From Acutalibacteraceae bacterium (GTDB taxonomy: Bacteria > Bacillota > Clostridia > Oscillospirales > Acutalibacteraceae), in NCBI GenBank assembly GCA_045605025.1, contig JAZUPE010000017.1, forward strand, positions 1,867 through 65,866: a stretch of DNA of 64,000 nt, in the 5' to 3' direction. Numbering within the stretch: position 1 is the first letter of the stretch; each line of letters opens with the position of its first letter. The notes under the pieces are model-generated. The model did not search any database and was not told where the DNA came from. It worked only from the letters and a program-made list of their open reading frames with translations. Position numbers and translations under genes: made by a program. Shown here one piece after another: positions 37,257-46,858 of this stretch.

Positions 37257-37531
37257 ATAATCAACTTACACTCTGCGAGCTTGTTCCGGGGCAGCGGGCG
37301 GTTATTTCCGGCATCGTGTCAGAAAACGAGGGCAGACGCAGGCTTCGTGAACTGGGAATGACCGATGGTGAGACTGTGGAATGCGTGCTTTTTCGCGGCG
37401 GTATCAGCGCCTATCTCGTCAAGGGATCGCTGATTGCCCTGAGAAGGGAAGACGCGGAGGCGGTACGTACCGGCGTTCCGGTCAACGTGGAAACTGCCAT
37501 GAGCAAAGGAGGGAGAAAGGTATGGCTATGA
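37253..37531 (+). CDS. feoA: ferrous iron transport protein A (FeoA)
   Basis: 'LCELVPGQRAVISGI...RRRLRELGMTDGETVECV' is a FeoA SH3-like domain. Overlaps the feoB start by 10 nt. Confidence 0.85.
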   Translation: MNNQLTLCELVPGQRAVISGIVSENEGRRRLRELGMTDGETVECVLFRGGISAYLVKGSLIALRREDAEAVRTGVPVNVETAMSKGGRKVWL

Positions 37532-39621
37532 CTACTCATGGCGCTCCGGAGAACAGGAGCGGAGAGCTGCTGGTTGCTCTTGCAGGGCACCCGAATGTGG
37601 GCAAAAGCACGGTGTTCAACGCGCTGACCGGCATGCGTCAGCACACCGGCAACTGGGCGGGCAAAACAGTGGTGAACGCCTTTGGCAGATATGAGAAGAA
37701 CGGTCACCGGTGGCTGGTTGCTGATCTGCCCGGCTGCTGTTCCTTTGCCGCAAGCACTGCGGAAGAACGCGCCGCGCGGGATTTTGTCTGCCTTGAGCAT
37801 CCGGACGTGATTGTTGTTGTGTGTTCGGCGGTAAATCTCGAGCGCGGCATGGCTCTTGTGCTGCAGACCCTTGAACTGTGCGGACGGGTTGTGGTGTGCG
37901 TAAATCTGCTGGATGAGGCGGCAAAAAAAGAAATCAGACCGGATTTATCGCTGCTGGAGGAACGCCTTGGAGTTCCCGTTGTGGGAACAAGCGCCCGGTC
38001 GGGCAGAGGGCTTGATGAACTGGTGCGAAAGATCGCTGGAATTGCCGCAAAGCAGGACCTGCCCCCGCGGCATCTGGTTGCCTATCCTCCTGCGGTTGAG
38101 TCTGCTGTGGCGCGGCTTATGCCCGACGCCGTGCGGGTGTGTGACGATGAAAGCCGTGCCCGCTGGTTTTCACTCAGAACACTTGACGGCGACGGTGACG
38201 TCGATTCGTCCGGTCAGCTTCTCCGTGGCAGTACCATCGAAAAAGAAACCTTTCGCAGGCGGGCAGACGAGTGCCTGCAGACCCTTGAACTGCAGGGCAT
38301 CGACAGTCAGCAGCTTGGAGATATCGTCTCACGGTCGGTGGGAGAGGCGGCGAGAATGGTGTGCCTTGGCGTAGTGCCGCCGGCTGAAGCAGGGTACAGC
38401 GCTGGTGATCGCCGCTGGGACCGCCTTCTGACCGGACGTTTCACAGGCTGGCTGGTGATGCTGGCGCTGCTTGCGGCGGTGCTGTGGATAACCCTTGAGG
38501 GAGCCAACTGCCTGTCGGCGGTATTCTCCACCGGCTTTAACAAGATTGAATACTGGCTGCACAGCGCGGCGATATGGGCAGGATTGCCGGAATTCTGGCG
38601 CGGACTGCTGATATCAGGCGCGTTCAGGGTAACGGGCTGGGTGGTGGCGGTGATGCTTCCGCCCATGGCGATATTCTTTCCGATGTTCACGCTTCTGGAG
38701 GACGCGGGATATCTCCCTCGTGTGGCGTTCAATCTAGACGGAGGGCTGAGAAGATGCGGCGCCTGCGGAAAACAGGCACTGACCATGTGCATGGGGCTTG
38801 GCTGCAACGCCGCCGGAGTGGTGGGGTGCAGGATAATCGCTTCTCCCCGTGAGCGCCTGATTGCGATACTTACGAACAGTTTTATGCCCTGCAACGGGCG
38901 CTTTCCCACGCTGTTGGCGGTCATTGCGCTGTTCCTGACCGGAACGCACGGTGCGTTTGGTTCGGCGGTGGTTCTGACGGCGTGCGTCGCGCTGGGCGTG
39001 GTGATGACCATGCTGGTGTCGCGGCTGCTGACGGTGACGGTTCTGCGCGGTCAGCGTTCATCGTTTGTGCTGGAACTGCCGCCCTTCCGCAGACCGCAGA
39101 TTGCCAAAACGCTTGCCCGTTCTCTTGCCGACCGCACGATGAGAGTGCTGGGACGGGCGGTGGTTGTGGCGCTGCCTGCCGGCGCGGTGATATGGCTGCT
39201 TGCCAATATGGAAGCGGGAGAAAACACTCTGCTGGAACACGTTACCGGCTTTCTTGAACCCGTCGGGCGGCTGATGGGGCTGGACGGCGTGACGCTGACG
39301 GCTTTTGTGCTGGGGTTTCCGGCAAACGAACTGGTGCTTCCCGTGGCGATGATGGCTTATTCAGCGCAGGGTGAGCTGCTGGAAATCGGCAGCACGCAAT
39401 CATTCGGAGCGATACTGACAGCCAACGGCTGGGACTGGACTACGGCTGTGAGCATGCTTCTGTTCACGCTTATGCACTGGCCCTGCTCCACCACCTGCAT
39501 AACCATCTACAGGGAAACCCGCAGCGCGAAGTGGACGCTGCTCGGTTTCCTGCTGCCGGCGGTGTGCGGGTTCGTGTGCTGCGCGGGGTTTACTCTGGTG
39601 GTCAGGCTGTTTGGCTGTTGA
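37522..39621 (+). CDS. feoB: ferrous iron transporter FeoB
   Basis: G-domain 'ALAGHPNVGKSTVFNALTG', 'DLPG', followed by a polytopic Gate-domain membrane region. AAGGAGGGAG SD upstream. Confidence 0.9.
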   Translation: MAMTTHGAPENRSGELLVALAGHPNVGKSTVFNALTGMRQHTGNWAGKTVVNAFGRYEKNGHRWLVADLPGCCSFAASTAEERAARDFVCLEHPDVIVVVCSAVNLERGMALVLQTLELCGRVVVCVNLLDEAAKKEIRPDLSLLEERLGVPVVGTSARSGRGLDELVRKIAGIAAKQDLPPRHLVAYPPAVESAVARLMPDAVRVCDDESRARWFSLRTLDGDGDVDSSGQLLRGSTIEKETFRRRADECLQTLELQGIDSQQLGDIVSRSVGEAARMVCLGVVPPAEAGYSAGDRRWDRLLTGRFTGWLVMLALLAAVLWITLEGANCLSAVFSTGFNKIEYWLHSAAIWAGLPEFWRGLLISGAFRVTGWVVAVMLPPMAIFFPMFTLLEDAGYLPRVAFNLDGGLRRCGACGKQALTMCMGLGCNAAGVVGCRIIASPRERLIAILTNSFMPCNGRFPTLLAVIALFLTGTHGAFGSAVVLTACVALGVVMTMLVSRLLTVTVLRGQRSSFVLELPPFRRPQIAKTLARSLADRTMRVLGRAVVVALPAGAVIWLLANMEAGENTLLEHVTGFLEPVGRLMGLDGVTLTAFVLGFPANELVLPVAMMAYSAQGELLEIGSTQSFGAILTANGWDWTTAVSMLLFTLMHWPCSTTCITIYRETRSAKWTLLGFLLPAVCGFVCCAGFTLVVRLFGC

Positions 39622-39807
39622 CGGCAGCCGCCCGGTGTGGTATAAAATACTCAACCGGCAGTTCTGCCGGAAAAATAAGTTCAAGGAGAGCGCTTTTTGA
39701 AGAAGAACCGTACACTGGAGACCGTGCGCTGACCGGGAGGTTTGCGTAAATACGATCTTCGCAAAATCTCCCGCGTTGGATGTCAACAGCTTTCAGGAGG
39801 AAAAATA

Positions 39808-40461
39808 ATGAATAAAATTGACTGTGTTATCCGCAGGGAAACCGAAAACGATTACCGCGCTGTGGAAAATATCATCCGTGAAGCATTCTGGAATTTTCAT
39901 GCACCCGGCTGCAGCGAGCATTATTTCGCGCACATGATGCGTGACCATCGTGATTTTGTGCCGGAGCTTGATTTTGTCGCGGAGGTGGACGGCAGAGTTG
40001 CCGGCAGTATTCTTTACACGACCAGCCGGCTGGTTGACGATGAGGGAGAGGAGAAAACCATTCTCACCTTCGGTCCCATCGCCGTCGCGAAAGAATATCA
40101 GCGCATGGGCATAGGTAAAAGACTCATGGATCATTCCTTTGCCGAAGCGGTTAAGCTGGGGTTCGATACCATAGTCATCTTCGGGAACATCGGTAATTAC
40201 GCTTCCAGCGGATTTGTCAGCTGCAAAAAGCACAATGTGTGTCTGGGAGACTGTTATCCCGCCGCGCTGCTGGTAAGGGAACTGGTATCAGGTGCCCTTG
40301 ACGGCAGAAGATGGCGTTACGTCGAAAGTGACGCGGCACAGTGCTGCGAGGATTCCGAAGCGGTGGAGGCTTTCGATGCCCTTTTTCCACCCATGGAGAA
40401 AAAGTGGCAGCCCAGTCAGGAGGAGTTCTATGTCAGCAGTCGTTCGGTAATCGTGCGCTGA
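39808..40461 (+). CDS. GNAT-family N-acetyltransferase
   Basis: 'IAVAKEYQRMGIGKRLMDHS' is acetyl-CoA-binding motif A. AGGAGG SD upstream. Confidence 0.85.
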   Translation: MNKIDCVIRRETENDYRAVENIIREAFWNFHAPGCSEHYFAHMMRDHRDFVPELDFVAEVDGRVAGSILYTTSRLVDDEGEEKTILTFGPIAVAKEYQRMGIGKRLMDHSFAEAVKLGFDTIVIFGNIGNYASSGFVSCKKHNVCLGDCYPAALLVRELVSGALDGRRWRYVESDAAQCCEDSEAVEAFDALFPPMEKKWQPSQEEFYVSSRSVIVR

Positions 40462-40480
40462 CCTGAAAAAACACATAAAG

Positions 40481-40512
40481 AAGCCGGTGAGCGTTGTGCC
40501 CACCGGCTTTTT
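40481..40512. terminator. bidirectional terminator (GNAT gene / DUF3021 gene)
   Basis: Stem AAGCCGGTG / CACCGGCTT, followed by TTTTT, with A6 upstream for the opposite strand. Confidence 0.7.
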
Positions 40513-40515
40513 GTA

Positions 40516-40935
40516 TCAGTCTGACTGTATTTGCCGTGTTATCGCTTCGGCATCACGACGGTTGCGCATTATCAGCAGGAAAACCACCACGGCGTATATC
40601 GCCAGCACGATGAGGACGTATACGACGATACCGGAGAGGGTTAAGTCGATCCAGCCGCGCCACAGTGCAGCTGCTGTGCATACCAGCGTGATGAGGATAC
40701 ATTCCGTGATAATGGCGGCAGGCCAGCTGCGGACAAAACGGAACACAAGCCAGTCAATCATCTCGCAAAGAATAACCAGCACCAGCATCTCGACGAAGAA
40801 GGAGCAGTAGATGGCAGCGCCGCTGCCGCGGTCGATCATATTGCGCGCGCACACGCTCAGCACGGAGAGCATATATACCAGCGCGGTGCTGCACACGCGC
40901 TCATAGCCCGGGAGAATTTCTCTGAGTTTTTTCAT
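40516..40935 (-). CDS. DUF3021-like 4-TM membrane protein (putative membrane partner/inhibitor of the LytTR regulator)
   Basis: 139 aa with four hydrophobic helices. Its start overlaps the LytTR gene stop (ATGA). Confidence 0.7.
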   Translation of the reverse strand: MKKLREILPGYERVCSTALVYMLSVLSVCARNMIDRGSGAAIYCSFFVEMLVLVILCEMIDWLVFRFVRSWPAAIITECILITLVCTAAALWRGWIDLTLSGIVVYVLIVLAIYAVVVFLLIMRNRRDAEAITRQIQSD

Positions 40936-41387
40936 AATCCGAACGCCTCCTTGAAGGATCTGAGATAATGACGGCTGACGATGAGCTGTTCGCCGTTGCG
41001 GAGGGTGAGCCGCATTCGGGAAAAGTCAATGCCCTTTACGCTTTTCAGCGCCCGCAGGCAGACGATGGTGTTCTTGCTTATGCGCACAAAGGAGAGGTTC
41101 CGCAGCCGTGATTCCAGTTCGTTCAGGCTTTCATCCACCTCGTAGCAGCTGTCGTCGCAGTAGGCAAAGCTCCGGCTGTCCACCGAATCAAAATAGCAGA
41201 TGCGGTCCGCGGGTATGACGTGTATTTCGCCGTCCAGCCGTCCTTTGACCGAGCAGTCCATCAGCCGCAGGCGGTCGATGATTGTCTGCAGTTCCGCGGT
41301 GACCTGACGGCAGTTGATGGTTATCTCAGTGTCGGTAAAATCCGGAGATTGATTTACTGTGAGTTTCAATCGGCTCACTCCTCTCAT
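40932..41387 (-). CDS. stand-alone LytTR-domain DNA-binding protein (no receiver domain)
   Basis: 'ICYFDSVDSRSFAYCDDSCYEV..SLNELESRL..FVRISKNTIV' is a LytTR fold pattern. The ATG at 41387 lies 6 nt after a TATAAT, so it may be leaderless. An alternative TTG at 41369 follows GAGGAG. Confidence 0.7.
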   Translation of the reverse strand: MRGVSRLKLTVNQSPDFTDTEITINCRQVTAELQTIIDRLRLMDCSVKGRLDGEIHVIPADRICYFDSVDSRSFAYCDDSCYEVDESLNELESRLRNLSFVRISKNTIVCLRALKSVKGIDFSRMRLTLRNGEQLIVSRHYLRSFKEAFGL

Positions 41388-41393
41388 GCCGTG

Positions 41394-41422
41394 ATTATAA
41401 CAGACGGCAGAAGACGGGGCAA
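41394..41422 (-). promoter_or_regulatory. promoter of the LytTR/DUF3021 pair
   Basis: Minus strand reads TTGCCC-17 nt-TATAAT. A 7-bp inverted repeat CGGCAGA/TCTGCCG spans the -35 and spacer region. Confidence 0.45.
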
Positions 41423-41557
41423 GTATCTGCCGGCAAGATGCAAACCTGAGCGCTGAGCTGCAGTTTATCGCCTGCGCGGATTGCATGCGTGCAGAAAATA
41501 TGTTAGTATATTGACTATAAGAAGCGCATCGATACTCCGCTTCAACAGGAGGTCAAT

Positions 41558-42109
41558 ATGACAGAAATGGAAAAAATGCTTGCCGGAGAGCTTTATCGTC
41601 CGGCGGATCCGGAGATTGCCGCTCTGCATATGTGGGCAGTGGGGCTGCTCTACGATTACAATCACACCCGCCCGGAGGATCTTGCCGGGCGCGACCGTAT
41701 TCTGCGGGAGCTGTTCGGTACGGTAGAGGGGAAAATTCATGTTGAGCAGGATTTTCATTGCGATTACGGCAAGAACATCCATGTTGGCGACAATTTCTAT
41801 GCCAACTTCGGCTGCGTGATTCTGGATGTGTGTCCGGTGCGCATCGGCAAAAACTGCTTTCTGGCACCTCATGTGGGCATCTACACCGCAACCCATCCGA
41901 TCCGCGCCGAGGAACGCTATCTGGGACTTGAGTACGGCAGTCCCGTCACCATCGGCGACAATTGCTGGATAGGCGGCAATTCGGTCATAAACCCCGGCGT
42001 GACGCTGGGCAGCAACGTGGTGGTTGGTTCCGGTTCGGTGGTTACGAAATCCTTCGGGGATAACGTGGTCATCGCCGGCAATCCGGCTCGTGTCATCAGA
42101 GAACTCTGA
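41558..42109 (+). CDS. maa: maltose/galactoside O-acetyltransferase (hexapeptide-repeat)
   Basis: N-terminal 'MLAGELYRPADPEI' (Mac domain). Left-handed beta-helix repeats 'IGDNCWIGGNSVINPGVTLGSNVVVGSGSVV'. Confidence 0.85.
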   Translation: MTEMEKMLAGELYRPADPEIAALHMWAVGLLYDYNHTRPEDLAGRDRILRELFGTVEGKIHVEQDFHCDYGKNIHVGDNFYANFGCVILDVCPVRIGKNCFLAPHVGIYTATHPIRAEERYLGLEYGSPVTIGDNCWIGGNSVINPGVTLGSNVVVGSGSVVTKSFGDNVVIAGNPARVIREL

Positions 42110-42123
42110 CGCAAAGCGCAAAA

Positions 42124-42172
42124 AAGACAGGTCATTTCCTGCCGGCTCAACGGAGGGAACGACCTGTCTTTT
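42124..42172. terminator. bidirectional terminator (maa / serine hydrolase gene)
   Basis: 10-bp stem AAGACAGGTC / GACCTGTCTT with a long loop, A-run before and T-run after. Confidence 0.55.
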
Positions 42173-42190
42173 GTATTCTTGGAATAGAAT

Positions 42191-43522
42191 TCAGTTTGCG
42201 TAGGGTTCGGGGATCATCTGGTCTCCGCCCTCGATGACGTTGCTGTAGACCACCTCGGCGGTTTCAAGGCAGCTGTTGCGGATGCCCATGGAATTGCTTT
42301 TGGCGTATGAACCGGTGGTGAAAACAACAACACCGGATTTGTCAGTAACATCGTAAATCGCGAGGGAGAAGATACCGTATGCCGCGCCGGTGTGGTAATA
42401 AACGGTGCGGTCGCTGAGAACTTTGTCGGATTTGCGTATGCCGATGCACTGAAGGAAATCTTCGCATTCAAACTGGGGCTCATGCATGGCTGCAATAGTT
42501 TCAGGAGAAAGATAGCTGACACCTTTATAGGTACCGTCATTAGTGAAAAGAGTAATCACTTTTGCGTAATCGACGGCACTGATGATTAGACCGCCAGCTG
42601 CCACAGTGTGGTTCTTCCCCGGCTCTTTGTCTGCATGAGGCTGAGCAAGCCGCTCGGCACTTCTTTCGACCTCTGTGCCGTAAATGCAGTCGGCAATATT
42701 ATCTTTATCTTTAAGCATAGCGCCGTTGTAAGCGGCGTCTATTTCCATTCCATTGAAAAATGCCTGATTGGAGTATTCAGTAAGCTGGAGACCGGAAGCG
42801 GCTTCGATCAGCGCGCCGGCGATACCCATGGCGAGATTGGAGTAGAGAAAACCGGTGCCGGGAGCGAGATAAGAATAGGAATCTCTGTCCTGAATATCAT
42901 ACCGAATATCTCCGGAGAATGTGTACTTGGTACGGTCACGAATAGAGGATGTGTGAGTAAAAAGCATGCGCGGCGTAATTGGAGTATCCTTGTGATAGGG
43001 ATTACGCACACGATATCCGAAAACATCTCCTATATCACCGTCAAGTTCAAGCTTGCCGTCTTCAACCAGCTTCATTCCCAGTGTGCTGGTGTATACTTTG
43101 CTGAGGGAAGCGATGCGGAACTTGGTATCCCGGTTGAGTTCGCGTTTCTTTTTCTTGTCGGCAAAACCGGTTTCGTAATGGTAGGCAACTTCTCCGTCCT
43201 TGATAACTGCCACAGTCAGGCCGGTGCAGTGGTAGTTCGATGCGATGTCGTCAATACAGGCGGATGTATTTGTTCCGGCAAGAGATGTAAGTACAATCTC
43301 CGGTTTTTCGGGGACTTCAGCGATGGACACAACCGGAAGATCAGAACCGGAGGAAACATCAGTGTCGGATACTTCTGCCTGTGCGGGAGGTTCCGAGGGT
43401 GAACCTGTATCATGCTGAACAGAAAAACGCGCGGGGAGATACATATAAGCCAGAGCCGCAAGGTTTATCACGAACAGGACAGAGGTCAGAATAATCAGTT
43501 TTCTGACTGACATTTTTTTCAT
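42191..43522 (-). CDS. membrane-anchored serine hydrolase (beta-lactamase/PBP4*-like family)
   Basis: N-terminal TM anchor. 'IASLSKVYT' is an SxxK active-site motif. Confidence 0.8.
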   Translation of the reverse strand: MKKMSVRKLIILTSVLFVINLAALAYMYLPARFSVQHDTGSPSEPPAQAEVSDTDVSSGSDLPVVSIAEVPEKPEIVLTSLAGTNTSACIDDIASNYHCTGLTVAVIKDGEVAYHYETGFADKKKKRELNRDTKFRIASLSKVYTSTLGMKLVEDGKLELDGDIGDVFGYRVRNPYHKDTPITPRMLFTHTSSIRDRTKYTFSGDIRYDIQDRDSYSYLAPGTGFLYSNLAMGIAGALIEAASGLQLTEYSNQAFFNGMEIDAAYNGAMLKDKDNIADCIYGTEVERSAERLAQPHADKEPGKNHTVAAGGLIISAVDYAKVITLFTNDGTYKGVSYLSPETIAAMHEPQFECEDFLQCIGIRKSDKVLSDRTVYYHTGAAYGIFSLAIYDVTDKSGVVVFTTGSYAKSNSMGIRNSCLETAEVVYSNVIEGGDQMIPEPYAN

Positions 43523-43555
43523 AGATACTCGTCTCTCAATCGTTTTCTATAATGA

Positions 43556-44908
43556 TTATTCTTCAGAAAAGAAACCCTGAGGGTAATCGGCGGGAGTTGT
43601 AACCGCGGGAAGATCATTGCCAACAACGGAGGTGATATGATCCCATGCGGACTTACAGGACTTCATGCCTTTTTCACTCTTGAAAACTTCAGAGTAATCT
43701 TCGAATTTGATATCATCGGAGAGTGCAAACTGTCCGGGGTAGCAGATGCGCATGAAGTTGTCGCCCTTGTCTCCGCGAACATAGCAGTAGGTTGGCAGAT
43801 AAAACGCATCGGTGACACGAACCGTTCCGTCTTCTCCGCGCTCAGCCTTGACTGAGACGATCATACCGTACTGGGTTTTGGGCTTATCCAACGCGGTCTG
43901 ATTGCAGAAGAAGTTTCCCAGAGAGTAGACTACAAGAGATTTTGATTCCACACCGTTGCGATCAACGGTCATCCATTCCGCCGGCTGAACACAGTGGGAG
44001 TGGCCGCCAAGGAGAACGTCGACTCCTGCTTCGCAAAGGCCTTCAGCAGCCTTGCGGAGATCATTGGAGGGAGTGTCTGTGTATTCCGTGCCCCAGTGGA
44101 TAATCATTACGATCAGCTCTGCGCCGTTTTCCTTGAGCGCGTTGATCTGGGGAATGGCGTGCTCAATGATAGATTTACTCTTGTTTTCGCAGTGGTTGAC
44201 AGCAAATGCGTTTTCTCCGCGATAGGGAATGTTGGCGACCGATGTGGTGCAGATTATGCCGACCTTTATGTTATTTATCTCCATGATAAACGGAACTTCA
44301 GATTCTTCTTTGGTAGAATATGTTCCGACGTTGATAAGGCCTGCGGCTTTAACGTTTTCAATGGTGCGGAAAAGACCACTGTATCCCTGATCGATACTGT
44401 GGTTGGTGGCCGTGGAGACCATGTTGACGTTGATACTCTTGAGAGCGTCAAGTGTCTCGATCGGCACGTTGAAGCAGGGATAGTTTTCGATTTTTTTGTT
44501 TCCGCCGTGAACATCGACAGGTGTTTCCAGATTGGCGATGCGCAGATCTGCCACAAACGCGTCCTTAATCATGGAGACGTAAGGCAGCAGGCTGTAAGTG
44601 TCATCTCCGTTGGAGGAGGCTCTTGTTACAGTGCCATGCAGGAGGACGTCTCCTGCCATCTGGATAGTGACCGAATCGGGAACCGTATTTTCTTCGATAT
44701 CGGTGACACTTACCGAACCGGAGGAAACTACAATGTCAGTATGGCTGAGGGTATTGAAAGAGGGAGGAAAATAGCTGCCCGGATCGTCGGCAGGTGTGTT
44801 TCCGGGTATTAGGGAATTAGCGTTCAGGACAAAAAAGATATTGATAGCGACAAGCACGAAAGATGCGATCCATAAAGATAGTCTGGATCCTGAAGATTTA
44901 TTATTCAA
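43556..44908 (-). CDS. membrane-anchored CapA-family metallophosphatase-like protein
   Basis: N-terminal TM anchor. 'MAGDVLLH', 'ANLETP', 'ATNHSIDQG', 'GGHSHCVQP' are typical of CapA/PgsA-like proteins. TTG start after GGAGAG. Confidence 0.8.
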   Translation of the reverse strand: MNNKSSGSRLSLWIASFVLVAINIFFVLNANSLIPGNTPADDPGSYFPPSFNTLSHTDIVVSSGSVSVTDIEENTVPDSVTIQMAGDVLLHGTVTRASSNGDDTYSLLPYVSMIKDAFVADLRIANLETPVDVHGGNKKIENYPCFNVPIETLDALKSINVNMVSTATNHSIDQGYSGLFRTIENVKAAGLINVGTYSTKEESEVPFIMEINNIKVGIICTTSVANIPYRGENAFAVNHCENKSKSIIEHAIPQINALKENGAELIVMIIHWGTEYTDTPSNDLRKAAEGLCEAGVDVLLGGHSHCVQPAEWMTVDRNGVESKSLVVYSLGNFFCNQTALDKPKTQYGMIVSVKAERGEDGTVRVTDAFYLPTYCYVRGDKGDNFMRICYPGQFALSDDIKFEDYSEVFKSEKGMKSCKSAWDHITSVVGNDLPAVTTPADYPQGFFSEE

Positions 44909-45050
44909 GGCAAACTCTCCATCTGTGTGAAATGATGATAGACAATCAGACTACAAAACGCCCATCATACATATTTTAGCCGCAAACAGGGTGCTTGTCA
45001 ATATCACAGGCGTTGTGTGAACAATTGTCGGAACGTGGGAGAGATCACGG

Positions 45051-45887
45051 TCAGCTCAGAATTATGACTCTGCCGGCAGCGTCCGGATCGTCCATAATGA
45101 TCTCGACCGAGGAGGGAAGCGTGATGGTTCCGGAACGGGGATTTTTGATGCTGATTACCGGCGTGGTGACGGTCGCCTCCACATCGGATTTTTCAAAGCA
45201 CAGGTCGGCGTTCTCCATCCGGCAGTCAATCAGCTTCAGACCTTCGCAGTAACACAGCGGCTGTGTGCCAATTATATCACAGTTGATCAGGGTGAGATTT
45301 TTCGAATACCAGGCAAGATATTCGCCTGAGACGACGCTGTCCCTGACCGTGACGTTCTCCGCGTGCCAGAATGCGTCCTTGGTGGAAAGACGGCAGTTTT
45401 CAAACACCGCGTTTCTGACGTACTGGAAGGAATACTTGCCGGTGAACTCAACATTGCGGAAGGTGATGTTTTCCGCGCGCAGCATAAAGTATTCGCTTTG
45501 AGCAGTGGTGTTCTCCACAACCACGTCCTTTGCCGACCAGCCGAATTCCGGCGAGATGATATCACAGCCGGAAATGGTTATACCGGTGCATTCGCGCAGT
45601 GCCTTTATACCGTGGAGCCGGCTGCCGGAGATGGTTATGCCGGTGCTGTACCACAGCGCGGCGCGGCACAGTTCGGTCAGCTCACAGTTCTGGACGGCAA
45701 GACCGTCCACGTGCCAGAAAGGGTAACGCAGGTTGAAAAAGCAGTTTTCTGCTTCGATTGAGGCGCATTCCTTGAATGCGCTCTCACCGTCGGCAGGACC
45801 GTCAAAGCGGCAGTTTATCACACGGGTATCGCTTATGCCGTACAGTGCCCGTTCCTCGTCAAAGGTCTTGTTTTCGATAATGTTCAT
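45051..45887 (-). CDS. DUF3737-family right-handed beta-helix protein
   Basis: 'IENKTFDEERALYGISDTRVINCRFDGPADGES' and repeated 'NC.F/I..' rungs. Confidence 0.7.
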   Translation of the reverse strand: MNIIENKTFDEERALYGISDTRVINCRFDGPADGESAFKECASIEAENCFFNLRYPFWHVDGLAVQNCELTELCRAALWYSTGITISGSRLHGIKALRECTGITISGCDIISPEFGWSAKDVVVENTTAQSEYFMLRAENITFRNVEFTGKYSFQYVRNAVFENCRLSTKDAFWHAENVTVRDSVVSGEYLAWYSKNLTLINCDIIGTQPLCYCEGLKLIDCRMENADLCFEKSDVEATVTTPVISIKNPRSGTITLPSSVEIIMDDPDAAGRVIILS

Positions 45888-46028
45888 GGTTGTTCTCCAG
45901 ATTTCAGTTGTTGCTGATAATTATAGCACAGACAAACAAAGCCGTCCATACCACGGCGCGGTGCGGACGGCTTGCTTTTTGCTGTGTTACGGTCATATTA
46001 TGCTCTGCGTGGACGGAATGCTCCGCGG

Positions 46029-46841
46029 TTACAGAACGAACACATCGCTCCGTTCAGCGTGATGACCGGCGGCGAGCAGGCGGGCGGTGGATACTGTGTT
46101 GTCCGCGAGACGATCCGGATTGGGCGCGACGCAGATGGCGCTGGCTCCGGAGGCGGCGCACAGCCGGTAGGCGGTGGTGGAAACCACAGCAAGAGGGCGG
46201 CTGCCGTTTTTCTTCAGAAAATCCGAAAGATCATCCCAGCCGCGGCAGAAGAAAACATCGCTGCCGCATTCGGAGGAGATATATTCCCGCAGTGATTCGC
46301 ACTGCGGATCGCAGGTCACCACGCAGAAATCAAAGCCAAATTCACTTTGCGCGCGGCGCATAACCTGAGAGTAGTCGATGTTTACGCGGCAGGTAAGCGG
46401 GTGGAGGGAATATCCGTTCAGTTCGACGACCGGAACGGAGTTGTGCTGAACCGTCTTGCGGAGCGGCTCGCCGGCAGCGTCAATATAAATGATCGCGTCG
46501 GCTTTACAGGATTTTTCACATTGTCCGGCAGATAGCACAAGGGAGGAAAAACCGTTGCGTTCAATGTGGCGCACGAGAAAAGGAAGCAGCAGTCCGTGGT
46601 CGGCCTGCAGCAGAGTACCGTTTTCCGCTCCGGAGCAGATGGCGATGAGCCCGGTTCGCTGCGCGGTGTGCTTTGGTACGCGTGGACCGGTGTAGCCCAT
46701 GTCGCTGACGATCTGCAGGACGCGGGCTTTGGTGGCGTTGCTTATCTTCTGGTCCTGACGGTTGTTGAGGACGTAGGATACGGTAGCCACCGACACACCT
46801 GCAGCTCTGGCGATGTCTTTGATCGTTACCCGTTTTTCCAT
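46029..46841 (-). CDS. LacI-family transcriptional regulator (short, 270 aa)
   Basis: N-terminal HTH 'VTIKDIARAAGVSVATVSYVLNN'. Confidence 0.8.
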   Translation of the reverse strand: MEKRVTIKDIARAAGVSVATVSYVLNNRQDQKISNATKARVLQIVSDMGYTGPRVPKHTAQRTGLIAICSGAENGTLLQADHGLLLPFLVRHIERNGFSSLVLSAGQCEKSCKADAIIYIDAAGEPLRKTVQHNSVPVVELNGYSLHPLTCRVNIDYSQVMRRAQSEFGFDFCVVTCDPQCESLREYISSECGSDVFFCRGWDDLSDFLKKNGSRPLAVVSTTAYRLCAASGASAICVAPNPDRLADNTVSTARLLAAGHHAERSDVFVL

Positions 46842-46858
46842 AATGAAGAGCCGTCCTT

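Noticed and set aside
41465-42121. 218-aa minus-strand ORF, and the Arg-rich plus-strand ORFs at 45890-46363
   Set aside because: They are antisense to maa (clear hexapeptide repeats) and to the LacI-family gene, respectively. Their composition is biased (Arg/His-rich) and there is no RBS.
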